Assembly: GCA_043823065.1 (NCBI GenBank)
Contig: JBDRBB010000006.1
Span: 64,001 to 128,000 of the forward strand
DNA: 64,000 nt
Reading direction: 5' to 3'
Source: Pseudomonadota bacterium
GTDB taxonomy: Bacteria; UBA10199; 2-02-FULL-44-16; DYJF01
Shown here: piece by piece, positions 11,075 through 21,407 of the stretch
Layout: each line of letters begins with the position of its first letter
How positions within the stretch are numbered: position 1 is the stretch's first letter
Position numbers and translations under genes: made by a program
Notes under the pieces: model-generated
The model's input: only the letters and a program-made list of their open reading frames with translations
The model's database searches: none
What the model was told of the DNA's origin: nothing

Positions 11075-11309
11075 TGATCTCTAATACTGAATGACGGCGA
11101 ATCTTGGCTGATGCAGCACTTAAAATCTGACGCATTGCTCGAGCAGTGCGACCTTCTTTGCCGATCACTTTGCCGAGGTCTTCTTTTGCCACCCGAAGCT
11201 CGATTACTGTGGTCTGTTCTCCTTCGACTTCCGCAACTTCTACTTTGTCAGGGTTGTCTACCAGAGCTTTTGCAATAGTGGTGATCAGTAACTTCATATC
11301 ATCTGCCAT
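11067..11309 (-). CDS. khpA: KH-domain RNA-binding protein KhpA
   Basis: [17 protein letters not shown]; conserved rpsP-khpA-rimM order. Confidence 0.92.
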   Translation of the reverse strand: MADDMKLLITTIAKALVDNPDKVEVAEVEGEQTTVIELRVAKEDLGKVIGKEGRTARAMRQILSAASAKIRRHSVLEIIE

Positions 11310-11326
11310 AACATCCTCCTAGGCTA

Positions 11327-11560
11327 CTAAAGTGTCTTAAGCAAATTGGAAACAGTTTCTGTGGGTGTTGCACCCTTATTTTGCCAATAAGCAATTCGCT
11401 CTTTATCTACTTTTAGTTTTTCGTTTTTGTTACGTGGATCATAAGTTCCCACGATTTCTAAAAACTTACCATCTCTGGGCTTTTCTTTGCTAGCCACTAC
11501 GATGCGATAAAATGGAGCATGAGTTTTTCCGTGTCTGGTTAGCCTAATCCTTACCGCCAT
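11327..11560 (-). CDS. rpsP: 30S ribosomal protein S16
   Basis: MAVRIRLTR.G....PFYRIVV, RDGKFLE.VGTYDP and GA.PT.TV. Confidence 0.97.
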   Translation of the reverse strand: MAVRIRLTRHGKTHAPFYRIVVASKEKPRDGKFLEIVGTYDPRNKNEKLKVDKERIAYWQNKGATPTETVSNLLKTL

Positions 11561-11630
11561 GCGATCCTCCTAGTTAATAATCGCGTACCCTTTATCAACT
11601 TTGCTACTACTTAGTCAACTAAAAACCTTA

Positions 11631-12494
11631 TTATTCCAGTAGTTGTTTTAATCTGGTGACTACTTGTTCAATAACCCACTTGGGCGTGGAAGCGCCAGCA
11701 GTAACCCCAATTGTATCAAAATCCCTGAAATTTTCAGGGGTTAGCTCACTATCATTCTCAATAAAAAAAGTATGCGAACCCATTTCACGAGCTATTTCTG
11801 CCAAACGGTTGGTATTAGAGCTGTTACGGCCACCAACCACCACCATTGCATCCACTTCTTTGGCTAGTTCACGAACTTCTTCCTGCCTAAGACCAGTGGA
11901 ACGACAAATAGTATCATAGACCACTGCTTGTGGATATTTTTGTTTAATCAAATTTACCAGTTCCTCAAATTTATTATATTGCTGAGTGCTTTGGGAAACT
12001 ACACATACTTTTGAAGCATGAATAGGCAATTCTCCTACTTCTTTGGCTGAATTAATACAGGTACCTTTTCTTTCTGCAAAACCTAACAAGGCCTTTACCT
12101 CAGGATGTTCTCTATCACCTATAATAATGATATAATATCCTTGTTTAAGATGCTTACGCACCTTACCTTGAATAATACCCACGTCTGGACAAGTGGCATC
12201 GCAAACAATAGCACCTGAGCTTTCTATTTTGCGCCGATCCTCTGGGGGAATACCGTGAGTCCTAATAACAATAGTGCCGTTTAATTTTTCCGGTATTTCC
12301 TGCAGAACTTGCACACCTTTTTCTTCTAATAAAGAAACTGCCTGAGGATTATGAATAAGTGGTCCATAAGTAAAAACCGGCTTGCCTTCAGAATTGTTTT
12401 CCACAATTTTTAAAACCTTTTCAAAAGCCCTACTTACTCCCCAGCAAAATCCAGCAGATTTAGCTACAATGATTTTTTTGTTTATGCCATTCAT
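11631..12494 (-). CDS. ispH: 4-hydroxy-3-methylbut-2-enyl diphosphate reductase
   Basis: AGFCWGV, IHN, THG, DATCP, HPEV, TIC, NSSNT and GVTAGASTP. Confidence 0.95.
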   Translation of the reverse strand: MNGINKKIIVAKSAGFCWGVSRAFEKVLKIVENNSEGKPVFTYGPLIHNPQAVSLLEEKGVQVLQEIPEKLNGTIVIRTHGIPPEDRRKIESSGAIVCDATCPDVGIIQGKVRKHLKQGYYIIIIGDREHPEVKALLGFAERKGTCINSAKEVGELPIHASKVCVVSQSTQQYNKFEELVNLIKQKYPQAVVYDTICRSTGLRQEEVRELAKEVDAMVVVGGRNSSNTNRLAEIAREMGSHTFFIENDSELTPENFRDFDTIGVTAGASTPKWVIEQVVTRLKQLLE

Positions 12495-12901
12495 GATTGG
12501 CGCACCTTTTTGGCAATATTATCTAAAATACCATTTACAAAAGCACCTGATTCTTTAGTGCCATAATTTTTGGCAATTTCCACAGCTTCATTTATCGTTA
12601 CTTTTGCTGGAATATCTGGGCAATGCATTAATTCAAAAATTGCTACTCTTAAAATATTTTTATCGATGGAAGCCATGCGCGACACTTTCCAATTAGCAGA
12701 ATAGGTGGAAAGTAGATCATCAATTTCTGCTGCATTTTTTTGCACACCTTCAAATAAAACCATGGCAAATTCCCGCGTAGGACTATCAATTTCTTGCAAT
12801 GACCAAAAACAGCCTGGCGTATCTTGCAAATCTGGGCTTCCCAAATCTACTTGATATAAAAGCTGCAAAGCACATTCTCTGGCTTTTCTTCTAGAACCCA
12901 T
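12491..12901 (-). CDS. nusB: Transcription antitermination factor NusB
   Basis: RRKARE.ALQ.LY, DKNILR, INEAVEIAK and FVNGILD. Confidence 0.96.
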   Translation of the reverse strand: MGSRRKARECALQLLYQVDLGSPDLQDTPGCFWSLQEIDSPTREFAMVLFEGVQKNAAEIDDLLSTYSANWKVSRMASIDKNILRVAIFELMHCPDIPAKVTINEAVEIAKNYGTKESGAFVNGILDNIAKKVRQS

Positions 12902-12906
12902 AAAAA

Positions 12907-13527
12907 TCAAACCTTCTTTAGAAGGTGACCTAGTTTATCTCGTTTAGTTTGCAAATAGAAGCGATTATGTGTTCCTGGATCAGTTTCAATTGGCACACGC
13001 TCTAAAATTTCAATGCCATATGATTTCAGGCCAACAATTTTTTTCGGATTATTGGTTAAAAGCCGAATTTTTTTAATTCCCAAATCCTGCAGGATTTGCG
13101 CACCAATATTATAATCTCGCAAATCTGCAGCAAAACCTAATTGTTGGTTTGCTTCTACCGTATCATAACCAGCGTCTTGCAAGGCATAAGCATGAATTTT
13201 GTTATTTAAACCAATACCACGGCCTTCTTGTCTGATATAAAGCAATACTCCTGCTTTTGCCTCTCCAATCATTTCTAAAGCGCAACCAAGCTGCCAACCA
13301 CAATCACACCTAAGCGAGCCCAAAACATCGCCAGTAAAACATTCAGAATGGACGCGCACCAAAATTTCTGAAGTGCAGCTTAGATCTCCTTTAACAATAG
13401 CCACATGTTCAGCATTATGAGTAAGGTCCTGATAGCTGATAATTCTAAAATCATCGCCATATTCACAAGGAAGCACAGCTTCAGCGCCGCGCTGCAAGGT
13501 TTTATTATTAAGCTTATTAAAATCCAT
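12907..13527 (-). CDS. ribA: GTP cyclohydrolase II (standalone, no RibB domain)
   Basis: [32 protein letters not shown] and LLTNNP. Confidence 0.95.
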   Translation of the reverse strand: MDFNKLNNKTLQRGAEAVLPCEYGDDFRIISYQDLTHNAEHVAIVKGDLSCTSEILVRVHSECFTGDVLGSLRCDCGWQLGCALEMIGEAKAGVLLYIRQEGRGIGLNNKIHAYALQDAGYDTVEANQQLGFAADLRDYNIGAQILQDLGIKKIRLLTNNPKKIVGLKSYGIEILERVPIETDPGTHNRFYLQTKRDKLGHLLKKV

Positions 13528-14167
13528 ATTTTTTTAAAAACTCTTTAGTTATTTTTGATGATTTTCTAAACTCTTCACTATCTAAGAAAGTCAGCTTTTC
13601 CACATACTTGCCAACAATGTCAACTTCCAAATTCACATGACTACCTACTTTGGGCTGGGATAAAGTAGTGTTAATTTTGGTGTGTAAAACAACAGTTACC
13701 TGAAAACGCCTTTTTTCCACCTTATCAACCGGTAGACTAACACCATCAATAGCTACTGAACCATTGGCCACTATGTATTTTTCTAATTCCAATGGCACTT
13801 CTATAGTAATATGTACGGCTTTATGCTTACCTCTAACTTCAACTATCTCGCCTATACCGTCTATATGCCCTTGAACAATGTGGCCACCCAGCCTAGAACC
13901 AAGTTGCAAAGGTCGCTCTAAATTTACCGGTTGATTAACCTCAATCTCTACAAAAGTTGTATTATCAATAAATTCATCTGGAATATGCACCCAAACAGAT
14001 TTGCCCAGCTTAGAAGCTATATTCAAACAACACCCATTAACTGCTAGAAAATCTCCTACATTTGTGGGACCAAAATCTAAATCAGTTTGAATTTCAACTT
14101 CCAAACCATCTTCTTTTTGCTTAATCTCTCTGATAATACCAACACCTTCGATGATCCCGGTAAACAT
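13517..14167 (-). CDS. ribE: Riboflavin synthase (alpha chain), divergent
   Basis: MFTGII N-terminus, [16 protein letters not shown] and VNLEVD. Several substrate-binding positions are altered. Confidence 0.85.
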   Translation of the reverse strand: MFTGIIEGVGIIREIKQKEDGLEVEIQTDLDFGPTNVGDFLAVNGCCLNIASKLGKSVWVHIPDEFIDNTTFVEIEVNQPVNLERPLQLGSRLGGHIVQGHIDGIGEIVEVRGKHKAVHITIEVPLELEKYIVANGSVAIDGVSLPVDKVEKRRFQVTVVLHTKINTTLSQPKVGSHVNLEVDIVGKYVEKLTFLDSEEFRKSSKITKEFLKKYGF

Positions 14168-14182
14168 AATTATTTTTGCTCG

Positions 14183-14674
14183 TCACTGGTCTTTAGTGTT
14201 TCGTTTGCTTTTTAATTGTTTTTCATTACCTAACAAATCCTGCAACTCAGACATGAACTCATTAATATCTTTAAATGATCTATAGACCGAAGCAAATCGC
14301 ACATAGGCTACTTCATCTAAACGGTGCAAAGCTTCCATAACTTTTTCGCCAATTCCTGTACTGGGCATTTCTCTTTCACCTTGAGCCATAACCCATTGTT
14401 CAATTTTTTCTACTACTTCATCAATAGTATCAGCAGCAATGGGTCGTTTTTCGCAAGCCTTGCGAATGCCATTGGCCAACTTTTGCGGATCAAAGTTTTC
14501 CCGACGACCATCTTTTTTTACGACGACTACCAAAGGTTCTTCAATTCGTTCATAGGTGGTAAAACGCTTGCCACATTTTTCGCATTCCCGGCGACGACGA
14601 ATTAAACTGCCGGTCTGGGAAACCCTCGAATCAATAACTTTACTTTCTGTTTCAGGACAATAGGGACATTTCAT
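14183..14674 (-). CDS. nrdR: Transcriptional repressor NrdR
   Basis: MKCPYC..VIDSR..IRRRREC..C..RFTTYE, ATP cone and [12 protein letters not shown]. Confidence 0.97.
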   Translation of the reverse strand: MKCPYCPETESKVIDSRVSQTGSLIRRRRECEKCGKRFTTYERIEEPLVVVVKKDGRRENFDPQKLANGIRKACEKRPIAADTIDEVVEKIEQWVMAQGEREMPSTGIGEKVMEALHRLDEVAYVRFASVYRSFKDINEFMSELQDLLGNEKQLKSKRNTKDQ

Positions 14675-14712
14675 ACATGTAATAGAGCCGCCTCTCGGCG
14701 GCATCATTCTTA

Positions 14713-14804
14713 CCTCCCCCTTGATGGGGGAGGTCTAGGTGGGGGTGACCAAAGTGTATCCCTGGTCACCCTCCCCTTCATCCCCTCCCCTCAAGGGAGG
14801 GGAA
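14713..14804. repeat. GC-rich palindromic intergenic element (CCTCCCC/GGGGAGG family)
   Basis: cctcccccttgatgggggagg...gggggtga / tcaccctcccc...cccctcccctcaagggagggga: two small hairpins inside a larger inverted repeat. Confidence 0.75.
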
Positions 14805-14808
14805 AACT

Positions 14809-16047
14809 TTACCTATAAATTGGAAACTTTTGGCAAAGCTTCTTTATCTCTTGTTTAATTTCTTTTTGTTTACCTTCATTGGTGATGTCTTTCAGAACTT
14901 CGGCCATCCAATTACCAATCATTTCCATTTCTTTTTCTTTCATGCCTTTTGTAGTTAATGCAGGTGTGCCAATCCGAATACCACTGGTGACAAATGGTGA
15001 TCTTGATTCACGAGGAATGGTATTTTTATTAATTGTCATACCTGCTCGGCCTAAAGCATCTTCTGCTTCTTTGCCAGTCAAACCACTTTCTGTAAGATCC
15101 ACCAAAAATAAATGGGTATCTGTGCCACCGGTAACAATTCTAAAACCTTTAGCACTTAAGGTTTTGGCAAGGGTTCTACTATTTTTCACAATTTGCTGGC
15201 AATAATTTTTATATTCTGGCTGCAGATCTTCTAAAAAAGCCACAGCTTTGGCAGCAATAACATGCATTAGCGGACCACCTTGAATGCCAGGAAAAATAGT
15301 TTTGTTTATTTTTTTGGCAAAATCATTTTGGCACATAATCATGCCGCCCCGTGGACCTCTTAAGGTTTTGTGAGTAGTTGTGGTCACAAACTGGCAATAA
15401 GGAATAGGACTAGAATGCAAACCTGTAGCAACCAAACCCGCAGGATGGGCAATGTCTGCTAAAACATAAGCGCCAATTTCATCTGCAATTTCTCTGAATT
15501 TTTTAAAATCAATATCCCGGGAATAAGCAGAAGCGCCACAAACAATCATCTTGGGCTTGTGTTCTAAAGCTATGGCGCGAACATTTTCATAATCAATTAA
15601 TTCAGTTTCTGGATCTACTCCATAATGGATAACCTTAAAAAATTTTCCAGAAAAACTAACTGGCGAGCCATGAGACAGGTGACCGCCATGAGAAAGATCC
15701 ATGCCCATGATGGTATCGCCTGGTTCTAATACGGAAAAATAAACAGCCATATTAGCTTGGGAACCAGAATGAGGCTGAACATTTGCAGCATCACATCCAA
15801 AAAGTTGTTTGGCGCGTTCAATGGCTAAATCTTCTGCTTCATCAACAAACTCACAACCACCATAATAACGCTTATGCGGATAACCTTCAGCATATTTATT
15901 GGTCAATACACTGCCTACTGTTTCCAAAACTCTTTTAGACACAAAATTTTCAGAAGCAATTAGTTCTAATTTATATTCTTGGCGATCTATTTCATTTTGA
16001 ATAGCCTGATATATTTGGGGATCAAATTGTTCTAGGTTTTTTTCCAT
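14809..16047 (-). CDS. glyA: Serine hydroxymethyltransferase
   Basis: [38 protein letters not shown] and FPGIQGGP. Confidence 0.98.
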   Translation of the reverse strand: MEKNLEQFDPQIYQAIQNEIDRQEYKLELIASENFVSKRVLETVGSVLTNKYAEGYPHKRYYGGCEFVDEAEDLAIERAKQLFGCDAANVQPHSGSQANMAVYFSVLEPGDTIMGMDLSHGGHLSHGSPVSFSGKFFKVIHYGVDPETELIDYENVRAIALEHKPKMIVCGASAYSRDIDFKKFREIADEIGAYVLADIAHPAGLVATGLHSSPIPYCQFVTTTTHKTLRGPRGGMIMCQNDFAKKINKTIFPGIQGGPLMHVIAAKAVAFLEDLQPEYKNYCQQIVKNSRTLAKTLSAKGFRIVTGGTDTHLFLVDLTESGLTGKEAEDALGRAGMTINKNTIPRESRSPFVTSGIRIGTPALTTKGMKEKEMEMIGNWMAEVLKDITNEGKQKEIKQEIKKLCQKFPIYR

Positions 16048-16059
16048 TTTGCCTCCACA

Positions 16060-16494
16060 CTATGACTGGCTATCTATCTTTTCCACCCTCTGTTTATGTC
16101 TGCCTCCGCCGAACGGAGAACCTAAAAAAACATTGGTAAGTTTCTTAATAGTTTCCAAATCAGTAAGCCTGGCCCCAAAACAAGCCACATTAGCGTCATT
16201 ATGTTCACGCGCTAAAACAGCTTCATTTTCATTGCGCAGCACAACAGCACGCACGCCTTTCAAGCGATTAGCTACCATGCACATGCCTGCACCACTACCA
16301 CAAATTAAAACTCCCCAATCCACCAAACCTTGGGAAACCAAGCGTGCAGCCTTAAATCCAAAATCAGGATAATCAGAACGATCTTCTGTGGGAGTACCAC
16401 AATCTGTTATCTGATAACCTTTTTCTTTTAAATATTGTTTGAGTGTTTCTTTAACTTGAAAACCAGCGTGGTCAGAGGCGAGGGCAATTTTCAT
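16060..16494 (-). CDS. rpiB: Ribose-5-phosphate isomerase B
   Basis: SDHAG, DYP, ICGSGAG, AREHNDANV and GGRH..RV. Confidence 0.95.
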   Translation of the reverse strand: MKIALASDHAGFQVKETLKQYLKEKGYQITDCGTPTEDRSDYPDFGFKAARLVSQGLVDWGVLICGSGAGMCMVANRLKGVRAVVLRNENEAVLAREHNDANVACFGARLTDLETIKKLTNVFLGSPFGGGRHKQRVEKIDSQS

Positions 16495-16503
16495 GAGTAT
16501 ATT

Positions 16504-16746
16504 TTATCCTAGTTTTGATTTTAGGAAATCTACTATGTCTTGCACCACCAAAAATTTTTGAGCCTGATCTTCTGAAATTTCAACATCAAAGCTCTCTTCT
16601 AAAGCTAAAACAAGCTCAATTATATCTAGGGAATCAGCTCCTAAATCACCCTTAAGCGTAGCCTCTAGTTGAATTTCTTCATCAGCTAGTCCTAACTGAT
16701 CTGCGATAATTTCGCACACTTGGCGATCAATGGATTCAGCACTCAT
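16504..16746 (-). CDS. acpP: Acyl carrier protein
   Basis: DLGADSLDIIELV..LEE.F. True start is MSAESID; the longer ORF overlaps rpmF. Confidence 0.92.
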   Translation of the reverse strand: MSAESIDRQVCEIIADQLGLADEEIQLEATLKGDLGADSLDIIELVLALEESFDVEISEDQAQKFLVVQDIVDFLKSKLG

Positions 16747-16763
16747 GTTCTGGGCTGTGCCCC

Positions 16764-16943
16764 CTATACTGTCTTGATAATTTCTTGCCCCTTGTAAAAT
16801 CCACAATGAATACAAACCCGGTGTGGTAACTTGGGTTGTTTGCACTGAGGGCAAGTTGACAGATCTACATGATCTAGCTTCATGTGATTAGCACGCCTTT
16901 TGTCTCTTCTGCTTCTTGATGTTCTTCTCTTTGGGACTGGCAC
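16764..16943 (-). CDS. rpmF: 50S ribosomal protein L32 (not in ORF track)
   Basis: Translated by hand from [62 protein letters not shown]. Confidence 0.95.
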   Translation of the reverse strand: MPVPKRRTSRSRRDKRRANHMKLDHVDLSTCPQCKQPKLPHRVCIHCGFYKGQEIIKTV

Positions 16944-17031
16944 GGGTCAACCTCTCTTTTATAAATGTTGCCTTTAAAAGTGGGCCCTTACTACAATCTA
17001 AGGGCCTGTTTTGTCAATAAAAATACCTGAC

Positions 17032-17763
17032 TTAGGGTCTAAAGAACTTGGCCTGAGGCGAAATGGAAATTAAGGCTGAAGTGGAATATTCAGGAATTAA
17101 TTGCATGGTTTCACTTAATTTTACCCCTATTTTAACTCCTTTTAACAGATTATAAAGCTTTTTTTGACCAAAAAGGTCAGGCAAAGCAGGATAGCCAAAG
17201 CTAAAACGCTCGCCTTGATCCATGGATAAACCCAATTCTTGTCTGATGTTTTGGTGACTATATTGAGCCAAGGCTTCTGTAGCTTCTGCGGCAAATCCTT
17301 TTAAGTAGAAGAGATCACTATAGTTTTTAATGGCAAAAAGTTTTTCTCCATATTTTATAACATCATTGCCTAAAGTCACTAATTGCAGAGCAACAAATCC
17401 AGATTCAAAAAAATCAGCAACACATAAGTTAGGAGTTTGGCGTTGGCGAGGAAAATCGAATTTATGCGGTTTTTCTTGATCATCATAAATAAATAGGAGA
17501 TTTCCTTCTTTTTTAGACTTAAAATAGCCATAAACTATCTTGGCTTGATTAAAAATATGCTTAGTTTGAATCAAAAAAACGATTTTTTCAAAAATTGGCT
17601 CAATTTTTTGCTGCTTTAATTCTTGCCACTGTTCTGAACTTTGACCCTGGCGAAACTCCCAACGAGCAGCAAAAAGTACTTCCTTATTGATTAGGCTGAT
17701 GACCTCAGCAAGATTAATCTCTGAAATAATTTTGGTTCCGAAAAATGGAGGGAGTTTTTGCAC
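17032..17763 (-). CDS. Methionine synthase reactivation (AdoMet-binding) domain, standalone
   Basis: PPFFG, YGYF, FDFPRQ, ADFF, AEATEALA, RFSFGYPA and PEYSTSA. Start is uncertain (GTG 17763). Confidence 0.85.
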   Translation of the reverse strand: MQKLPPFFGTKIISEINLAEVISLINKEVLFAARWEFRQGQSSEQWQELKQQKIEPIFEKIVFLIQTKHIFNQAKIVYGYFKSKKEGNLLFIYDDQEKPHKFDFPRQRQTPNLCVADFFESGFVALQLVTLGNDVIKYGEKLFAIKNYSDLFYLKGFAAEATEALAQYSHQNIRQELGLSMDQGERFSFGYPALPDLFGQKKLYNLLKGVKIGVKLSETMQLIPEYSTSALISISPQAKFFRP

Positions 17764-17772
17764 AACATATCT

Positions 17773-17856
17773 GGACCATTGACCATGGACTATAGACCAT
17801 TGACCTTTCAATCGAAAATACAAAGGTCAATTGTCAATGGTCAATTGTCAATAGTC
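17773..17856. repeat. Two inverted arrays of 7-bp tandem repeats
   Basis: ggaccat-tgaccat-ggactat-agaccat-tgacc (17773-17805) faces ggtcaat-tgtcaat-ggtcaat-tgtcaat-agtc (17825-17856). Confidence 0.8.
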
Positions 17857-17859
17857 CTC

Positions 17860-20388
17860 CTAGGTTTCTTGAGCTAAAATTCTTTCCATGGCCTTTAGTC
17901 CAGCAAAAACATCTGCACAATAATACACTTTTCCATTATAAACTTTTTGCAAAAGCATTTCAGTAGTTTGTCTGGTCAAAGCAGCTCCTCCCACCAAAAC
18001 TGGCAAATTATAACCTTGGTTTCTCATAACCTCTAAATCTTCTTGCATAGCTTGCACTGAGCTGACCAACAGTCCGGACAAACCAATTGCATCTGCCTGA
18101 TATTTCTGAACAGCTTCCAAAATAGCATTAACTGGTTGACGAATACCCAAGTTAATTACTTCATAACCATTATTAGAAAAAATAATATCCACCAAATTTT
18201 TACCAATATCATGCACATCTCCGCGCACTGTAGCTAAGACAATTTTACCTTTAGTTGATACTTGATCTTGTTCAAGCTGAGGGGTTAAAATATCAATGGC
18301 CGCTCGCATAACCTCTGCAGCTTGCAAAACAAAAGGCAACGGCATTTGCCCCTTAGCCATCAGCTCTCCAACTTGTTTCATGGCCGGCAAAAGCACTTCA
18401 TTGATCACGCTAGCAGCAGATTGCTGCTTGGTTAACTCTGTTAAGTGTGGCTCAAGATCTGTCTTATCCCCTTGCTTGATTTTTTCTTGTAATATTTCAA
18501 TGGGAGATAATTTTTCACGCTGGATTTTGGTTTGGTTTTGATCTGGATTATCCTTTTTATCATAAAACAAAACCAAATTAGTAAGAGGATCTCCTTGGCT
18601 GGCATCATTGTTCAAAAGGTTCTCTGCTAACCGTTTCTCCTGAGCAGAAATTTGTTCTAAAGAAATGATGCGCAAAGGATTAATAATAGCTGCATCTAGA
18701 CCAGCCTGCGTGGTCTGATGCAAAAAACAACTATTAATTATTTTTCGTGCCACCAAAGGAAGACCATAAGAAATATTACTAACTCCCAAAAGAATATTTA
18801 CTTGAGGAATTTCTTTTTTAAGTTTTGTAATAGCAGCTATAGTTTGCAAACTAGCATCTAAGAGCGTTTTGTCGCCACTAGCAACAGTAAAAGTTAATAA
18901 ATCAAACAACAAATCTGCAGTTGTTAAGTTGTAAGATAAAGCCAAGTCATGAAGCTTCTTAGCAATAGCTACTTTTTTTTCTGCAGTCTTGGCCATACCT
19001 TGTTCATCTATGGTTAGGCAAACCACTGCAGCACCATATTTACAAGCTAACTCTAAAATGCGCCTCGCTTTAATCCCCCCATCTTCCAAATTAATGGAAT
19101 TAATCAAACATCTACCTGGAGCTAAAGCAAGAGCTGCCTCAATTACTTCAGGCTTTAAGGAATCTATCATCAAAGGTGCATCAACGGTCTTAACTAATCG
19201 TGAAACCAATTCTTGCATATCCTTAATTTCATCTCTCTGAGCAGTAGCCACACAAATATCTAAAGCATGAGCACCCAAAGCAGCCTTCTTGGCAACTTGC
19301 ACCATGCCATCATAATTATCTTGAAGTAATAAATCGCGAAAATTTTTAGAACCATTAACATTGGTTTGTTCGGCAATGATAAAGGGGCGTGGTTCCTGTT
19401 CTAATGATACAGCGGAAAATAAACTGGAAGCATATGAGCGTATAGCGTACGGCGCACGGCGTACGGCGTCTTGTTTCTGAATATTTTGTAATGCTTTAAT
19501 ATACTCTGGATTTGTTCCACAGCAACCGCCAATTAAACTTATCCCAGTTTCGCTCATTAACTTGCCAACCTGAGCGGCAAATTCTTCTGGCCCTAAGCTA
19601 TAAGCAAGTTTTCCATCTATAGTTTCTGGTAAACCAGCATTTGGCTTGCATAAAAGCGGGCCTGACCAAACTTGAGCTAGAGCACGCAAATGTTCGCTCA
19701 TTTGGGCTGGCCCAGTGGCGCAATTAAGGCCAAAAGCTGCTGGTTTAAATGGAGCTAGACTGGCATAGGCAGCTATGATATCCGTACCCAAAAGCATTTT
19801 ACCATTGGCCTCGACCGTAAATGAAACCAACAAAGGAACTTGCTTGGCTTTTTGCAGCATTGCTTTCTGGCAAGCTGCAGCTGCGGCCTTAGCCTGCAAA
19901 GGGTCTTGGCTGGTAGTAATAATTAAAGCATCTACTTCCTGATCTAAAAAAATATTAACTTGTTGCAGATAAGCTTCAAAGAGCTCAGCAAAACTGATCT
20001 GGCCCAATGTTGGCAATTTGGATGTTGGGCCCAACTCACCTACAACAAATCTTGGTTTTTGAGCTGTATAAAATTTAGCCACAGCTGCTTTGGCAATTCT
20101 GACTGCAGCCAAATTTATCTCTGCTGCTTTGGCAGCTATATTGTGATCGCTTAAAGTAATTAAAGAAGCGCCAAAGGTATTGGTTAAAATTAAATCTGCA
20201 CCTGCTTTCAAATAAGCACAATGAATCTCTTCTATAATCTTGGGATTGGTTAAATTTAAGACTTCACTGCAAACTGGCAAACCCTGATAAGCTTCAGGCC
20301 CTAGATTAGCAGCTTGAATCATGGTACCCATACCACCATCCAAAAGCAAAGTTTGCTTAGCAATTAATGTAAGAATCTGATCTATCAT
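17860..20388 (-). CDS. metH: Cobalamin-dependent methionine synthase (Hcy-, pterin-, cap- and B12-binding domains)
   Basis: DGGMGT, GLNC, PNAGLP, GGCCGT, N.NGSK, INSINLEDG, GVSNISYG and DVHDIGKN. Confidence 0.93.
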   Translation of the reverse strand: MIDQILTLIAKQTLLLDGGMGTMIQAANLGPEAYQGLPVCSEVLNLTNPKIIEEIHCAYLKAGADLILTNTFGASLITLSDHNIAAKAAEINLAAVRIAKAAVAKFYTAQKPRFVVGELGPTSKLPTLGQISFAELFEAYLQQVNIFLDQEVDALIITTSQDPLQAKAAAAACQKAMLQKAKQVPLLVSFTVEANGKMLLGTDIIAAYASLAPFKPAAFGLNCATGPAQMSEHLRALAQVWSGPLLCKPNAGLPETIDGKLAYSLGPEEFAAQVGKLMSETGISLIGGCCGTNPEYIKALQNIQKQDAVRRAPYAIRSYASSLFSAVSLEQEPRPFIIAEQTNVNGSKNFRDLLLQDNYDGMVQVAKKAALGAHALDICVATAQRDEIKDMQELVSRLVKTVDAPLMIDSLKPEVIEAALALAPGRCLINSINLEDGGIKARRILELACKYGAAVVCLTIDEQGMAKTAEKKVAIAKKLHDLALSYNLTTADLLFDLLTFTVASGDKTLLDASLQTIAAITKLKKEIPQVNILLGVSNISYGLPLVARKIINSCFLHQTTQAGLDAAIINPLRIISLEQISAQEKRLAENLLNNDASQGDPLTNLVLFYDKKDNPDQNQTKIQREKLSPIEILQEKIKQGDKTDLEPHLTELTKQQSAASVINEVLLPAMKQVGELMAKGQMPLPFVLQAAEVMRAAIDILTPQLEQDQVSTKGKIVLATVRGDVHDIGKNLVDIIFSNNGYEVINLGIRQPVNAILEAVQKYQADAIGLSGLLVSSVQAMQEDLEVMRNQGYNLPVLVGGAALTRQTTEMLLQKVYNGKVYYCADVFAGLKAMERILAQET
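19436..19470. repeat. 7-bp tandem repeat embedded in the metH coding sequence
   Basis: gagcgta-tagcgta-cggcgca-cggcgta-cggcgtc encodes DAVRRAPYAIRS in an interdomain linker. Confidence 0.7.
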
Positions 20389-20416
20389 AAGAATGATAGA
20401 TGTAACATTAAAACTA

Positions 20417-21364
20417 CTATTGGTGCAAGGTCTTACGAGCAATAAAATAAAGTAAGAAAAATGGGGGCAGGCCTAAAACTAAAGGCCAGGGAAAGTGTTG
20501 GGTTGGATTAATTAAGCTACAACCACCGCTGCCTTGTTCAGCCTCATAATCAATGCCGCCGGAAAAAACCGGGTTGCCAGCTATCGAAGTATTGATATCA
20601 CAAGCATCGCCAATATTATCTTGATCGCTATCAATTTGCTCGAAATTTGGAATAAACTGACAGTTGTCACAAACATCGCCAAATTCATCCAGATCCATAT
20701 CTTCCTGATTGGGGTTAGGATTAACTGGGCAGTTATCAGCGCCGTCTACAATACCATCACCGTCAAAATCATTAGCACAAGCATCGCCTACTCCATCATG
20801 GTCAGTATCAAATTGATCTGGATTGGCAACTAAGCGACAATTATCACAGGCATCTCCTAGACCATCAAAGTCTTCATCAATCTGGGGCGTATTATAAACA
20901 TCAATACAATTATCAACGCGATTTACCTCGTTATCATCAGCTCGGTCATAAAACCCGTCATGATCGCGATCGGTGCAGGCTTCGCCAACTTCATCTTCAT
21001 CATCCGCACGGTCATATTGGTCAGCATTAGCTACGCTTGGACAATTATCTTGTGCGTCAATTACACCATCTCCATCAATATCATCGCAATCATCACCTTC
21101 ACCATCTTGATCCATATCTGCTTGAAAACCAGCTACATCTAAATCACAATAATCTGCCAGGCCATCAGCATTATTATCAATGGTGCAATCGCCGTTTTTC
21201 ACAAAAGGGCAGTTATCTGATCTGTCTGCAATATTATCACAATCCAAATCAAAATATTCCACACCGCCGATTGCAATGGTACAATCTTCATCTGGATCAG
21301 CCAAAACTTGGGTGGAAAAAAACAAAACAGACAGGATTGTAAGCCAGGCCAAGAGTTTTCTCAT
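20417..21364 (-). CDS. Thrombospondin type-3 repeat surface protein with CTERM-like anchor
   Basis: Signal peptide MRKLLAW..., many DNC..NP.Q.D.D.DG.GD.C repeats, and a GSGGCSL + hydrophobic helix + RK tail. Confidence 0.88.
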   Translation of the reverse strand: MRKLLAWLTILSVLFFSTQVLADPDEDCTIAIGGVEYFDLDCDNIADRSDNCPFVKNGDCTIDNNADGLADYCDLDVAGFQADMDQDGEGDDCDDIDGDGVIDAQDNCPSVANADQYDRADDEDEVGEACTDRDHDGFYDRADDNEVNRVDNCIDVYNTPQIDEDFDGLGDACDNCRLVANPDQFDTDHDGVGDACANDFDGDGIVDGADNCPVNPNPNQEDMDLDEFGDVCDNCQFIPNFEQIDSDQDNIGDACDINTSIAGNPVFSGGIDYEAEQGSGGCSLINPTQHFPWPLVLGLPPFFLLYFIARKTLHQ

Positions 21365-21407
21365 ATGTGGATTTCCTAGCATACCTTTTGGCAAAAAGGG
21401 AATAAAA

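Noticed and set aside
14713..14804. FMN riboswitch upstream of nrdR/rib genes
   Set aside because: No FMN aptamer motifs are visible; the sequence is a GC-rich palindromic repeat.
16747..16854. N-terminal extension of acpP in the ORF track
   Set aside because: This region encodes rpmF in another frame; acpP starts at 16746.
20389..20520. Cobalamin or SAM riboswitch ahead of metH
   Set aside because: There are only about 28 nt of intergenic space and no recognisable aptamer.
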